Positions 10,027 through 19,093 of a stretch of DNA of 25,102 bases are shown here, piece after piece. Source of the DNA: Hormoscilla sp. GTDB taxonomy: Bacteria > Cyanobacteriota > Cyanobacteriia > Cyanobacteriales > Desertifilaceae. The DNA lies in NCBI GenBank assembly GCA_051439505.1, contig JBFRWI010000064.1, positions 1 through 25,102 on the forward strand, in the 5' to 3' direction. Under the pieces are notes generated by a model, which worked only from the letters and a program-made list of their open reading frames with translations, did not search any database and was not told the DNA's origin. The position numbers and the translations under genes were made by a program. The stretch's first letter is position 1. Every line of letters begins with the position of its first letter.

Positions 10027-11238
10027 ATGAACTTGAAATCGATGAAAATACTCGTACTTGCCTGGGAATTCCCACCTCGGATTATCGGCGGTATCTCCCG
10101 ACATGTGGCCGAATTATATCCAGAAATGGTCAAACTAGGACATGAAATTCATTTAATGACAGTCGAGTTTGACAACGCACCGCTCTATGAGATAGTCGAG
10201 GGGATAAAGGTACATCGGATCGGCGTTTTGGAGGGTCACGACTTCTTTCACTGGGTGGTGAATATGAATGAAAGTATGGGTACAGAAGGCGGCAAGCTTA
10301 TATTAGCAGAAGGACCCTTCGACCTGATCCACGCTCATGATTGGGTAGTCTCAGATGCGGCGATCGCCCTCAAGCAGCGCTTCGGTGCGCCCCTGGTGGC
10401 CACCATCCATGCTACGGAGTATGGACGCTATAACGGTCTGTACAACGACACTCATTACTACATCAACGGCAAAGAAAAGCATTTAGCTCGGGAAGCGTCG
10501 CGGATAATTGTCTGTAGCAAATATATGCAGGGGGAAGTAGAACGGACCCTAGAGAGTCCTGCCGACAAAATAGATATAATTTACAACGGCATCCGACCGG
10601 AAAAGAAACGACCCATCCCCCCTAGTGATGCCTGGCGCTTCCGCCGCCAGTTTGCTAACGATGCCGAGAAAATAGTTTATTATCTCGGTCGCATGAGCTA
10701 TGAAAAAGGAGTGAATGTATTACTCTCGGCAGCACCCAAGGTATTGTGGGAAATGGGAGGCAACGTCAAATTTGTGATTATCGGTGGCGGTAATACCGAC
10801 CATCTCCAACGCCAGGCATGGGATTTAGGGATTTGGCACAACTGTCATTTTACCGGTTTCATGGCCGAAGCAGACTTGGATAAATTCCAAACCATTGCCG
10901 ACTGTGCAGTTTTCCCCAGTTTGTACGAACCCTTTGGCATTGTCGCCCTCGAAAGTTTTGCCGCACGAGTACCGGTGGTGGTTTCGGATGCGGGCGGACT
11001 CCCAGAAGTAGTGCGTGACGGTCAAACAGGAATTGTCACTTGCACAAATAATGCTGATTCTTTAGCCTGGGGGATAGTGAAGGTATTGCAGAATTCTGAC
11101 GATGCTCAGAAGTTAGTTGAGAGTGCTTATCTGGATTTGCAACGACGGTTTTCTTGGTCCCAGTTGGCGCGGCAGACTGAGACAGTTTACCAGCAGGTAC
11201 TGACAATTCAAAATTCCCGAGTGACCGTTAACCGCTGA
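10027..11238 (+). CDS. GT4-family glycosyltransferase (start may be ATG 10042)
   Basis: MKILVLAWEFPPRIIGG, IHAHDW, TIHATEYGR and FPSLYEPFGIVALE (EX7E) motifs. Confidence 0.92.
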   Translation: MNLKSMKILVLAWEFPPRIIGGISRHVAELYPEMVKLGHEIHLMTVEFDNAPLYEIVEGIKVHRIGVLEGHDFFHWVVNMNESMGTEGGKLILAEGPFDLIHAHDWVVSDAAIALKQRFGAPLVATIHATEYGRYNGLYNDTHYYINGKEKHLAREASRIIVCSKYMQGEVERTLESPADKIDIIYNGIRPEKKRPIPPSDAWRFRRQFANDAEKIVYYLGRMSYEKGVNVLLSAAPKVLWEMGGNVKFVIIGGGNTDHLQRQAWDLGIWHNCHFTGFMAEADLDKFQTIADCAVFPSLYEPFGIVALESFAARVPVVVSDAGGLPEVVRDGQTGIVTCTNNADSLAWGIVKVLQNSDDAQKLVESAYLDLQRRFSWSQLARQTETVYQQVLTIQNSRVTVNR

Positions 11239-11248
11239 CCTCTGACCG

Positions 11249-11338
11249 GGGTGCATCGATGATGCCAGATATTCGTAAGTGGGGTATCTTTAGACCCAAC
11301 GAACGTAAGATCGCATCTATTATGGGATGCACCCACTA
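11249..11338. repeat. REP-like element bounded by GGGTGCATC/GATGCACCC; related motif at 9922-9942
   Basis: 11249-11265 is the exact reverse complement of 9922-9938; GATGCACCCACTA occurs at 9930-9942 and 11326-11338. Confidence 0.65.
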
Positions 11339-11369
11339 ACAACTGACAACTGACAACTGACAACTAACC
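11335..11369. repeat. Heptamer STRR tract, about 5 x ACTRACA
   Basis: Seen directly, between convergent genes. Confidence 0.9.
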
Positions 11370-11371
11370 AC

Positions 11372-13975
11372 TTACAACCAATTGCCTACGAGAATAAACG
11401 CTGACCAGAAATAGGGGTGAGAGAAGCGTTCGTCTTGCAAAACGGACTCTTGAGCGCGGCGGAGGGCTTCAGCTTTAGTAACTTCGGTATTTGCTAACTC
11501 CTGATAGAATTGAGTCATCAGCTTGGAAGTGGCTTCATCACTGACTAACCACAGGGATCCTACTGTACTGCGAGCACCCGCCCGCACCGCTACTCCTGCT
11601 AATCCTAATGCTGCTCGTTTATCCCCCGCAGCAGTCTGGCACGCACTCAGGACCAGTAATTCGATCGCCCGATCGTCTTCTATCTCTCGGCGCAGCAGAT
11701 CCTCCAACTCTTTGGCATTGATCCGATCGTCCCAGGTGAGCACAAAGGTGTCTTCAGCGGCGGAACTGAATTCGCCGTGAGTCGCTAAGTGAACTACGGG
11801 GAAAGGAAAGGCATTGATTGCTGTTTGAAAGTTGGCGTCGGTAAAGGACTGATTTAGCAGCACCTCCGTGGGAGCAGAAGCTTGGATCTTTTCTAATTCT
11901 AATTCTACTCCCGGGAGTGCAGAAAATCCCTGACGTGCTGCGCTCAGTCCGGCAGTCAGAATAGTGAGTTCCTCTCTTGCTAAAGGTTTGGGGTCCACTA
12001 ATTGCAAACCTGGGGCCAGGGCGACGCTATATTTCTGAGCTAGATACTCATCCCCATCATAAAGGGCCGCCATGGGGATATTCCGCAGAGCACCGTCTAA
12101 GACAAAGACGATCGTTTCTACTTCACTGGCCCCTAGTTCGGCTGAGATCGGGCGAATTAACCAATCATACAGTTGTTGCGATGGCTGCCAAAAGCGTCGG
12201 ATCAAAATTCGCATCCGCCTGCTGGTCAAGGCTGTCCGCATCCGCAAGATTGTTTTTTCGATTTCTGCTTGGGGTAAAATAGTGCTGTAGTGGCGTAGCG
12301 GTTGTCCCGGCAGTGCGGCAATCACTTCTAGCCGATCGCTCAATATTATGGGATATAATACGGCTGCCGTGGGATCTACCCGATCGATTTGAGCGGGTTC
12401 GGCATCCAAACAGGCATCCTTAAAGAAGTTGTCTAGTTCTGCTAATTGCAGGGACTCGATCGCCTGCCTTGCTTGCTTTAAATCTGACTGCTTTACCTCC
12501 CGATCGGGCTGCAATAATAATCCTACCAGCTCTCGGTAGATTGGTTCTACCGTCTCGCGAAAGTCAAACTGCACGTCCGAACTGATCGCGACTAAGTCTG
12601 TCCGCAGAGACTCCAGTATATTTACTGCCTGGGTATATTGCGCGATCGCCTGTTCTTGATCTCCTTGAAATTTATTTATCCTGCCCAGTTGCCAGAACAA
12701 TTGGTATGCTATCTCTGGCGTTCTGTAGGTGGGAGCTATATTTAATCCCTCTTGGGTGAATCTTTTCGCCTGACTCCACTTCCCTTCTTCCTCGTACAGT
12801 TTGCCCCGATTTAACAGCGCGTATGCAACTGCCCGTTGGTCTCCCAAACTTCTTGCTTGCGCGATCGCTCTTACTAATAGATCGTCTATTTCTTTGTTGT
12901 TGCTGACACCGGACCAATTTTCACCTCTTTTTAAAAGTTTCATCATGCTGCTTGCCCAGTTTACCTGCGCGTATATTCCCGGGCGACTGCTGTTTGACAA
13001 GTTCAGAATTTTTGACCTTAAAGACTGGGATAATAACTCGGTTTCTGGGCGTGGCAATTTCTCTGCTTCCAGCAAGACATTCAGTTGCGCTAGTTCCCCC
13101 TGCATTTGCCCGATCGGGGTTTGACTGGACTGGGTCGATCGCTGATAATAGTTAGCAGCAGCTTCTCTGTTTCCTTGGGCCCTGGCGGTATTTCCTAAAC
13201 TCAAGTATATTCTCGTTACTGCTTCAGTATCTCCCCATGCTTGGGCTAATTGCAAACTTGCTGTCAATACTTTTTCCGACTGTTCCAGCTTACCTATCAC
13301 TCGCAAGACATTCCCGATCGCATTTAGTCCTAATACATTTTCTCCCCCTTGTTTCATCTGTTCTAGCTGCGCAGATGTCACCTCACATTCAGTATTTTGC
13401 AGTTCTAATGCTGACATCAATTTTAGGCATGCCCGGGGATATAAACCTAAATCTTGCAGCGCTTGAGCTTGGTTAATTTTATTTTGTTCCAGTGCCTCCC
13501 TTTCTCCAATTTTAGCATAGATTTGGGCTGCTTTTTCCCAGGTCTCGATCGCCTCTTGGGCCTGTCCCCGTGACTGTTGCAGGTTCCCCTGAATATCTAG
13601 GGTTTGGGCCAGCAGTTCGGGCAGAGTTTCTTCACTGAGCAGCTTCAGACTTTGGGCGATCGCCTTTTGCGCTTCTGGGTACTCTCCCAGTTGCTGATAG
13701 GTTAGAGACAGGTTGCTCCAGGCCATGGCTTCGTTCGGGCGATCGCCCTGAGTTTCATATGCTGCTGCTGCTCTTTGTAACAGATTTGCTGCTGCTTGAA
13801 AGTCTCCCCTTTGATAGAGATTTTTACTTTCTGCGACCAGAGACTCAGCAGATAGTTGAGTAAGGGCGATCGGGCGTGACATTTGTGCGAGGACTGGCTG
13901 TAAGCCCATGGATAGGCAAAACAGGAGAGTCAGGATAAATATGCGCCGCCAGTATAATCTTTTCAGAGCTTTCAT
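11372..13975 (-). CDS. TPR plus CHAT (caspase-like) domain protein with predicted signal peptide
   Basis: TPR-like repeats; CHAT motifs VVHLATHGEF, LLVLSACQTA, GSLWLVSD and HPYFWSAFILVGNWL; N-terminus is basic, then hydrophobic, then VLA. Confidence 0.93.
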   Translation of the reverse strand: MKALKRLYWRRIFILTLLFCLSMGLQPVLAQMSRPIALTQLSAESLVAESKNLYQRGDFQAAANLLQRAAAAYETQGDRPNEAMAWSNLSLTYQQLGEYPEAQKAIAQSLKLLSEETLPELLAQTLDIQGNLQQSRGQAQEAIETWEKAAQIYAKIGEREALEQNKINQAQALQDLGLYPRACLKLMSALELQNTECEVTSAQLEQMKQGGENVLGLNAIGNVLRVIGKLEQSEKVLTASLQLAQAWGDTEAVTRIYLSLGNTARAQGNREAAANYYQRSTQSSQTPIGQMQGELAQLNVLLEAEKLPRPETELLSQSLRSKILNLSNSSRPGIYAQVNWASSMMKLLKRGENWSGVSNNKEIDDLLVRAIAQARSLGDQRAVAYALLNRGKLYEEEGKWSQAKRFTQEGLNIAPTYRTPEIAYQLFWQLGRINKFQGDQEQAIAQYTQAVNILESLRTDLVAISSDVQFDFRETVEPIYRELVGLLLQPDREVKQSDLKQARQAIESLQLAELDNFFKDACLDAEPAQIDRVDPTAAVLYPIILSDRLEVIAALPGQPLRHYSTILPQAEIEKTILRMRTALTSRRMRILIRRFWQPSQQLYDWLIRPISAELGASEVETIVFVLDGALRNIPMAALYDGDEYLAQKYSVALAPGLQLVDPKPLAREELTILTAGLSAARQGFSALPGVELELEKIQASAPTEVLLNQSFTDANFQTAINAFPFPVVHLATHGEFSSAAEDTFVLTWDDRINAKELEDLLRREIEDDRAIELLVLSACQTAAGDKRAALGLAGVAVRAGARSTVGSLWLVSDEATSKLMTQFYQELANTEVTKAEALRRAQESVLQDERFSHPYFWSAFILVGNWL

Positions 13976-13989
13976 GGCTAATGGTTAAT

Positions 13990-14231
13990 GGTTAGTAGTA
14001 AGCACTTTAGTGTTTGCGGTGGTTAGTAGTAAGCACTTTAGTGCTTGCGGTGGTTAGTAGTAAGCACTTTAGTGCTTGCGGTGGTTAGTAGTAAGCACTT
14101 TAGTGCTTGCGGTGGTTAGTAGTAAGCACTTTAGTGTTTGCGGTGGTTAGTAGTAAGCACTTTAGTGTTTGCGGTGGTTAGTAGTAAGCACTTTAGTGCT
14201 TGCGGTGGTTAGTAGTAAGCACTTTAGTGCT
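13990..14231. repeat. Tandem array, about 7.8 x 31 nt (GGTTAGTAGTAAGCACTTTAGTGYTTGCGGT), no spacers
   Basis: GTTAG recurs every 31 nt from 13991 to 14208; internal hairpin AAGCAC-TTTA-GTGYTT; a single variable C/T position. Confidence 0.97.
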
Positions 14232-14245
14232 GCCCTCGTGACTGC

Positions 14246-14578
14246 TTAGGTATCTTGGTTGCGTTGTGAGATCAGCATCTCCCACATGCGGTGATTTTCT
14301 GTTTGCAGGCCGCGAATTTCTGACTGTTGTTGCCTAATTTGCCGCAGAATTTCTCGCCGTTCTTCAGCAGCTTCTCGCCGTTCTTCAGCGGCTTCGGCTA
14401 TAGCATTAGCTAGAGCTTGAATGACACGAGCGTTACCATTGGCTATATTGGTCGTCTCGTCTAGCTTCTGGGTCAAACCTTCTACTTGCTGGGTCAAACC
14501 TTCTACTTGCTGGGCTATGCCGCTCACTATGTCTGCCAGACGGTCTAATTTTTCATCGTTCCAACGTTCGGTAGTCAT
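14246..14578 (-). CDS. Small coiled-coil hypothetical protein
   Basis: 110-aa ORF with AGAGGA upstream of the ATG; heptad pattern with two internal duplications of 21-nt period (QQVEGLT x2, AAEERRE x2). Confidence 0.8.
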   Translation of the reverse strand: MTTERWNDEKLDRLADIVSGIAQQVEGLTQQVEGLTQKLDETTNIANGNARVIQALANAIAEAAEERREAAEERREILRQIRQQQSEIRGLQTENHRMWEMLISQRNQDT

Positions 14579-14632
14579 TGTTTCTTTTCCTCTATAAGCT
14601 GTCTTTTTAATCCTCGATTATATTATTATAGG

Positions 14633-14681
14633 ACTGACAACTGACAGATGACAACTGACAGATGACAACTGACAACTGACA
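14633..14681. repeat. Heptamer STRR tract, 7 x (AC/GA)TGACA
   Basis: Seen directly. Confidence 0.9.
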
Positions 14682-14696
14682 GATGTCGAACTGACC

Positions 14697-14728
14697 TAGG
14701 TTGGGTAACGCGGGACAACCCAACCTAC
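14697..14728. repeat. GTAG-type REP palindrome just downstream of the haemagglutinin gene
   Basis: TAGGTTGGGT 14697-14706 / ACCCAACCTA 14718-14727, ending in CTAC (GTAG on the minus strand). Confidence 0.75.
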
Positions 14729-14735
14729 AAATGAA

Positions 14736-17700
14736 CTATTCGGCAGAACGGCAGGTATGGGGGGTAGGCTGGTTGCGTATTGGTCCGGTCTGGGTGGGGT
14801 CGTAACCTACCAATAATACTTCACCATTCTCCTTGAATATCCATCCTCTGGCGGGGACTATTTCCGATGAGGAAATGCTTGCTGTTTGAGGTTTGTTGTT
14901 AGTCCCGTTGTTAGTGCCCCCCGCACCTGAACTTGCCCCCACGGGTTCGATCCAATTTACCCTGGTATCATTACTAATGATATCTTCATTGGGGTTAGGT
15001 GGCAAACCTCCTCGTCCCGTGATAATAAATTCGCTATCCTGGGCCTGTCGGCAAAAGTCCTTGGCGATCAGTTCCGCTGCATCCACCACATTCTGTGATA
15101 ATTCGATTAACCCTTTACCGGGGTCTATATCTGGTGTTAATATTTCTACTGTGCCACTAAACTCGGCACCCAGGTCAGATGTAGCGGTGATGTCACTTTC
15201 TGAGGTATCTTCCTCCCGGAATTCGGTGCCAAAGATCCCCTCTGCTGTTATTCGCACCTGACCTCCAAAGCTTTGTTGGGCATTGGCGCTGATGTCGCTA
15301 TTTTCTAACGCTACTAAGGTCTCTGTGGACAGGGTGATGTTGCCCCCCGTGGCGGTTCCTGTGGCGTTTGTGGAAATTTCCGCCCCCCGACGCAGTTGCA
15401 GATCTCCTGCCGTGAGATTGATATTTGCTTGCTCTCCTTCTACGGTTTCGGCGCTGAGACCGCTGTCCCGGCCTTTTAGGCGGACCTCAGAAGCAGCGAT
15501 CGTCAGGTTACCTGCTTCCCCGGCATTTGCGCTGCTGACCGTGACTGTAGCCCCATCTCGCACTGAGAACTCTTCGGTCTGCAAGGTAAGGGTGCCCGCA
15601 TCTCCCGTTCCAGTTGAAGCTGCCAATATGCCGCTGGGAAATACCGTTACTTCCTCTCCGCTGGGCAATTCCCGTTCCTCCCGGAACGAGAACTCACTTT
15701 GGGGGATGTTCTCATCGGAAACCTCGGGAACTGTTCCAATTAATTCTACTGACTCAGACGCCCGGATAGTAATATCTCCCGCCTTACCAGCTCCTATTGT
15801 CCCAGCAGAGATTTGCCCCCCATCGCGAATGACGATCCTGGCCGTGTCAATGGTCAAGTTTCCTCCCCGAACATCTGCGGCGTCTTCATCCTCAACACCT
15901 GCAATGATCAGACTGGGAAACCCCGCAACTGACCTGCCGCTCAGTTCTACTGACTCGGTTGCTCGCACTGTTAAATTTCCTCCATTCCCATTGCCTAGTG
16001 TCCCATCTGAAACCCTGGCCCCATCTCGCACTACCAGCCTCGCGGTCTCTATGGTCAAATCTCCTGCATTTCCCGTGGCTCCTGGTTGGACGCTGGCAAA
16101 CAAGCCGCTAGCAGCTTCACCAGTGCGATCGGTGCCTATTAGTTCCACCTCAGTCGCCTGGACGGTCAGATCTCCCGCATCCCCCTCCTGAGTGCTAAAA
16201 GTGCTAACTGTTATTTGTGCTCCATCCCGCACAACAAGACGCTCTGTGCCTATCGTCAAAGATCCCCCATCTCCCGTTGCTCCTCTTCGCACATTAGCGA
16301 ACAAGCCGCTGGGAAACCTCCCATCGGCTGATGTGCCGATCGCTTCTAGCTCAGTCGCTTGTAAGCTAATAGTTCCTGCATTTCCAGCGCCCCCAGTACT
16401 CGTTGATATCTGTGCCCCATCTCGTAGCGTCAGGAACTCTGTTACTATGGTTAAAAAACCCCCAGCCCCTGTAGATCCTGCTTGGACATTAGCCAACAAG
16501 CGAGAATTGCCACCAATCACTTCCATATTAGTAGCCTGGACTCTAATAGTTCCCCCATCTCCAGCACCAAAGGTACTCGTTGTTATCTGTGCTTCATCGC
16601 TGACTGTCAGGTTCTCTGTTTCTATTGTCAAAATTCCCGCCTTGGCATTCTCTGTAGCAAGCTCGTCTGCGTTATTAAACAAACCGCTCGGGAAGCCACC
16701 CTTCCTGCCACTCACTTCTACCTCAGTTGCTTGCATGGTAATATTTCCCCCGTTCCCAGCACCAAAGGTAGTATTTGATATGAATGCTCCATCCCGTACT
16801 GTCAAGCGCTGGGTAGAAATTGTCAAAGCAGCCCCGTCCCCTGTTGCGTCTGGTTCAACCTCAGTCAAAAATCTGCTGGAATAATTGCCATCCGCTGATA
16901 TCCCCATTAGTTCTACTGACTCCGATGCATTCACAGTGAAACTTCCCCCAGGGGAGTTTCCCAAGGTATTTGCTATTATTGCTGAGCCATCAGTTAGTTG
17001 AATGTTTCGCCCCCGTACCTGGACGTTACCACCTCCATTACCGCTGACATCGACAGAAGCTGCTTCTCCCAGGCGAATATCTCCCCAAGTTGTCGATTGA
17101 GAATTTTCTAAGCTTAATTGTCCGTTGCTAGTAGTGAGTTGCAATGAACCGTTCAGCACCGACCAAAGTGCAACTGTGCCATCTTCTGCGGTGAGATTTC
17201 CTCCCGACAGCACTACATCGCCCCCCACCAGGGCCAGGGTCTGACCGGGGGACACTTGCAGTCCTTCCGGTCGATCGTCCCTGACAGTCACAAAATTTGA
17301 TTCTCTCAGATTATGACCCGGTCCTTCCACGACAATACTGCCGGGATTTTGCCTGAGATTCAACCCCATGGGAATATTAATCCTCAGCAAGGGCGGCGCC
17401 TGGGGGTCGGTGGCGCTAAACTCGAACCCATTCTCAAATATCACGCTGTTGGCGGAGGAACCGACAAAGGAACCCCCTAGGTCTAAGCGGGCATTGGGCC
17501 CAAAGACGATGCCATGGGGATTGATCAAAAAGAGGTTGGCATTGCCTAATACCCCCAGAGTGCCGAAAATATTGGAGCCATTGCTTCCTGTCACCCGAGT
17601 GAGAATGTTCTCTATTGCTGCGGGGTTGGCAAAATAGGCTGCCCCGCCCTCGCGGACATTGAATTCTGAGAAACTGTGGAACAGGTTGGCACCCCTTGTG

Positions 17701-17903
17701 GCGCCGCCATTGATTATGTCACTGGGAATGCCATTGATATTTTCTGGGGTGACGACCGAACTTTCGGCCCCCAGAGTGCTGTCTGGTAGGATCTGTCCGG
17801 TGGCCTCCGAAGGCAAAAATAACTCCAGACTGCCACAGAGGAGGGCAGAGGTCAAAAGATTCATTATCTTCCGATCTTTGGCTTTTTCAGAGCGCGATCT
17901 CAT
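14736..17903 (-). CDS. Filamentous haemagglutinin-family two-partner-secretion exoprotein (TpsA-like)
   Basis: Signal peptide; secretion domain NLFHSFSEFNV...LFLINPHGIVFG; Gly/Thr-rich beta-helical repeats; C-terminal ITGRGGLPPNP and IVPARGW motifs; AAGGAG RBS before ATG 17903. Confidence 0.95.
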   Translation of the reverse strand: MRSRSEKAKDRKIMNLLTSALLCGSLELFLPSEATGQILPDSTLGAESSVVTPENINGIPSDIINGGATRGANLFHSFSEFNVREGGAAYFANPAAIENILTRVTGSNGSNIFGTLGVLGNANLFLINPHGIVFGPNARLDLGGSFVGSSANSVIFENGFEFSATDPQAPPLLRINIPMGLNLRQNPGSIVVEGPGHNLRESNFVTVRDDRPEGLQVSPGQTLALVGGDVVLSGGNLTAEDGTVALWSVLNGSLQLTTSNGQLSLENSQSTTWGDIRLGEAASVDVSGNGGGNVQVRGRNIQLTDGSAIIANTLGNSPGGSFTVNASESVELMGISADGNYSSRFLTEVEPDATGDGAALTISTQRLTVRDGAFISNTTFGAGNGGNITMQATEVEVSGRKGGFPSGLFNNADELATENAKAGILTIETENLTVSDEAQITTSTFGAGDGGTIRVQATNMEVIGGNSRLLANVQAGSTGAGGFLTIVTEFLTLRDGAQISTSTGGAGNAGTISLQATELEAIGTSADGRFPSGLFANVRRGATGDGGSLTIGTERLVVRDGAQITVSTFSTQEGDAGDLTVQATEVELIGTDRTGEAASGLFASVQPGATGNAGDLTIETARLVVRDGARVSDGTLGNGNGGNLTVRATESVELSGRSVAGFPSLIIAGVEDEDAADVRGGNLTIDTARIVIRDGGQISAGTIGAGKAGDITIRASESVELIGTVPEVSDENIPQSEFSFREERELPSGEEVTVFPSGILAASTGTGDAGTLTLQTEEFSVRDGATVTVSSANAGEAGNLTIAASEVRLKGRDSGLSAETVEGEQANINLTAGDLQLRRGAEISTNATGTATGGNITLSTETLVALENSDISANAQQSFGGQVRITAEGIFGTEFREEDTSESDITATSDLGAEFSGTVEILTPDIDPGKGLIELSQNVVDAAELIAKDFCRQAQDSEFIITGRGGLPPNPNEDIISNDTRVNWIEPVGASSGAGGTNNGTNNKPQTASISSSEIVPARGWIFKENGEVLLVGYDPTQTGPIRNQPTPHTCRSAE

Positions 17904-17914
17904 GTTTTTACTCC

Positions 17915-18073
17915 TTGGTGGGCGGTGCCCAAACTACTTGGTGGGCGGTGCCCACCCTACTTGGTGGGCGGTGCCCACCCTACATCGAATGTCACTGGCT
18001 TAAGGTTGGTGGGCGGTGCCCACCCTACATCAAATGTCACTGACTTAAGGTTGGTGGGCGGTGCCCACCCTAC
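17915..18073. repeat. Cluster of five GTAG-type REP copies (GTAGGGTGGGCACCGCCCACCAA on the minus strand)
   Basis: 23-nt copies at 17915, 17938 and 17961 (adjacent), then 18006 and 18051, each preceded by a near-identical 22-nt linker. Further copies at 19248-19269 and, degenerate, 24571-24591. Confidence 0.92.
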
Positions 18074-18525
18074 TGAATTTCTGGCCATTCACGGGCATCT
18101 ACGAATTGGGACAAATGTCCTACATTTGTTGTCGCAATTATCACATTATTGCTGCCATTTGCCTCCAATATTGCCTGCGCTGCCAAAATCACATCCCCAT
18201 CAAGCTCCTTAGGGTCTGCTGTTGGTCTTCCTCGTTGTCTTGCTTCAGCCCATAATTTAGCTGCTAGCATCATGACTGCTGTAGTTATGGGACGATAGGT
18301 CAAGACATTTTTGAACTGATCGAGTCGTCTGATACCTGCTAGCTTACCCGCTCGAATCAATTCACGCCTCACTTCATAATCGGCAATTTCAGGCAGGATG
18401 ACTTTTTCGCCCTTTTTCAGCAAACTGTCGAGCCAAAGTTGGCACTCCTGCACTACAGCAGAGGATGCTTTCGGGTTTGTCACCATTCCTAAAGGACCAG
18501 AGTCCAAAATAATCACTCTATTCAT
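18070..18525 (-). CDS. PIN-domain (VapC-like) ribonuclease, putative toxin
   Basis: IILDSGPLG, ADYEVRREL, ELDGDVILAAQA and IATTNVGHL motifs; ATGA overlap with the upstream gene. Confidence 0.85.
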   Translation of the reverse strand: MNRVIILDSGPLGMVTNPKASSAVVQECQLWLDSLLKKGEKVILPEIADYEVRRELIRAGKLAGIRRLDQFKNVLTYRPITTAVMMLAAKLWAEARQRGRPTADPKELDGDVILAAQAILEANGSNNVIIATTNVGHLSQFVDAREWPEIQ

Positions 18526-18896
18526 GGAAACAATGGTCTGTTGGATAAACGATCTTCATCGAGGGCTTGACGGAGATATTCCCAGGTTTCTGTTTGCTCC
18601 TGTTCGTCCCCGTACTCTCGCCACGATCGCAATAATTCAATTGCTGCTTGGTTTTTCTTGATTTGCTCTGCTCTAGCAGCCTCTGGAGCTACTTCTGAAG
18701 ACTCATTATCTGAGCTGACTGGCTTGCTAGTTACGCTCTCGCGAAACAAGCGAACTATCAAGAGTAAATTTGACCAGTATACTCTCGGCGTTGCTTGAAT
18801 CTCTTGTAGTAACTCCGTAATCGCTATTTCTGGATAATTCCCTTCTGACTCATTCGGAAAAGGCTTGCTAATTAAACTTTGCTCGGACATAATCAC
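18522..18896 (-). CDS. Putative antitoxin partner of the PIN protein
   Basis: Small acidic ORF with a 4-nt overlap to the PIN gene; C-terminal NQAAIELLRSW...EQTETWEYLRQALDEDR. Role inferred from position. Confidence 0.65.
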   Translation of the reverse strand: MIMSEQSLISKPFPNESEGNYPEIAITELLQEIQATPRVYWSNLLLIVRLFRESVTSKPVSSDNESSEVAPEAARAEQIKKNQAAIELLRSWREYGDEQEQTETWEYLRQALDEDRLSNRPLFP

Positions 18897-18937
18897 CTCT
18901 TCATATACAATCTTACCTCTCCTGGTTCTATCTGGGA

Positions 18938-19050
18938 AACGTGAGTTCGACAGCTACTCAAACCCGGATTTTTCGTCAGCAACAAAATGCCTCAAACCCT
19001 CATGATTGCGTTCACTAGAGAGCCCCAACTCCGAAGGACGAACTCACCTA
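18938..19050. mobile_element. MITE-like element with imperfect terminal inverted repeats
   Basis: GTGAGTTCG 18941-18949 / CGAACTCAC 19039-19047 (11 of 14 matching when extended to 18938-18951 / 19037-19050); no ORF inside. Confidence 0.5.
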
Positions 19051-19093
19051 TGGCACTTGGAAGCATTGTTAGAGACAGTGGTACATAAGGTTA

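Noticed and set aside
13990..14231. CRISPR array next to a TPR-CHAT gene (type III-E/Craspase-like)
   Set aside because: Units are contiguous with no unique spacers, no cas genes are in the window, and the CHAT protein appears exported.
14893..17637. Long plus-strand ORFs (302 aa, 230 aa and others) opposite the haemagglutinin
   Set aside because: Antisense shadows of a codon-biased repetitive gene; no recognisable domains.
17915..18073. Mini-CRISPR with 23-nt repeats and 22-nt spacers
   Set aside because: The first three repeats are adjacent, the two linkers differ at only 2 positions, and the repeat recurs as isolated REP copies elsewhere.
17925..18212. 95-aa ORF with LVGGAHPT repeats
   Set aside because: It is a translation of the REP cluster and overlaps the PIN gene on the opposite strand.
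19008..19040. Glutamine (glnA-type) riboswitch (CGTTCA...CCGAAGGACG)
   Set aside because: Lacks the central GACGGAAGTA core and lies inside the MITE-like element.
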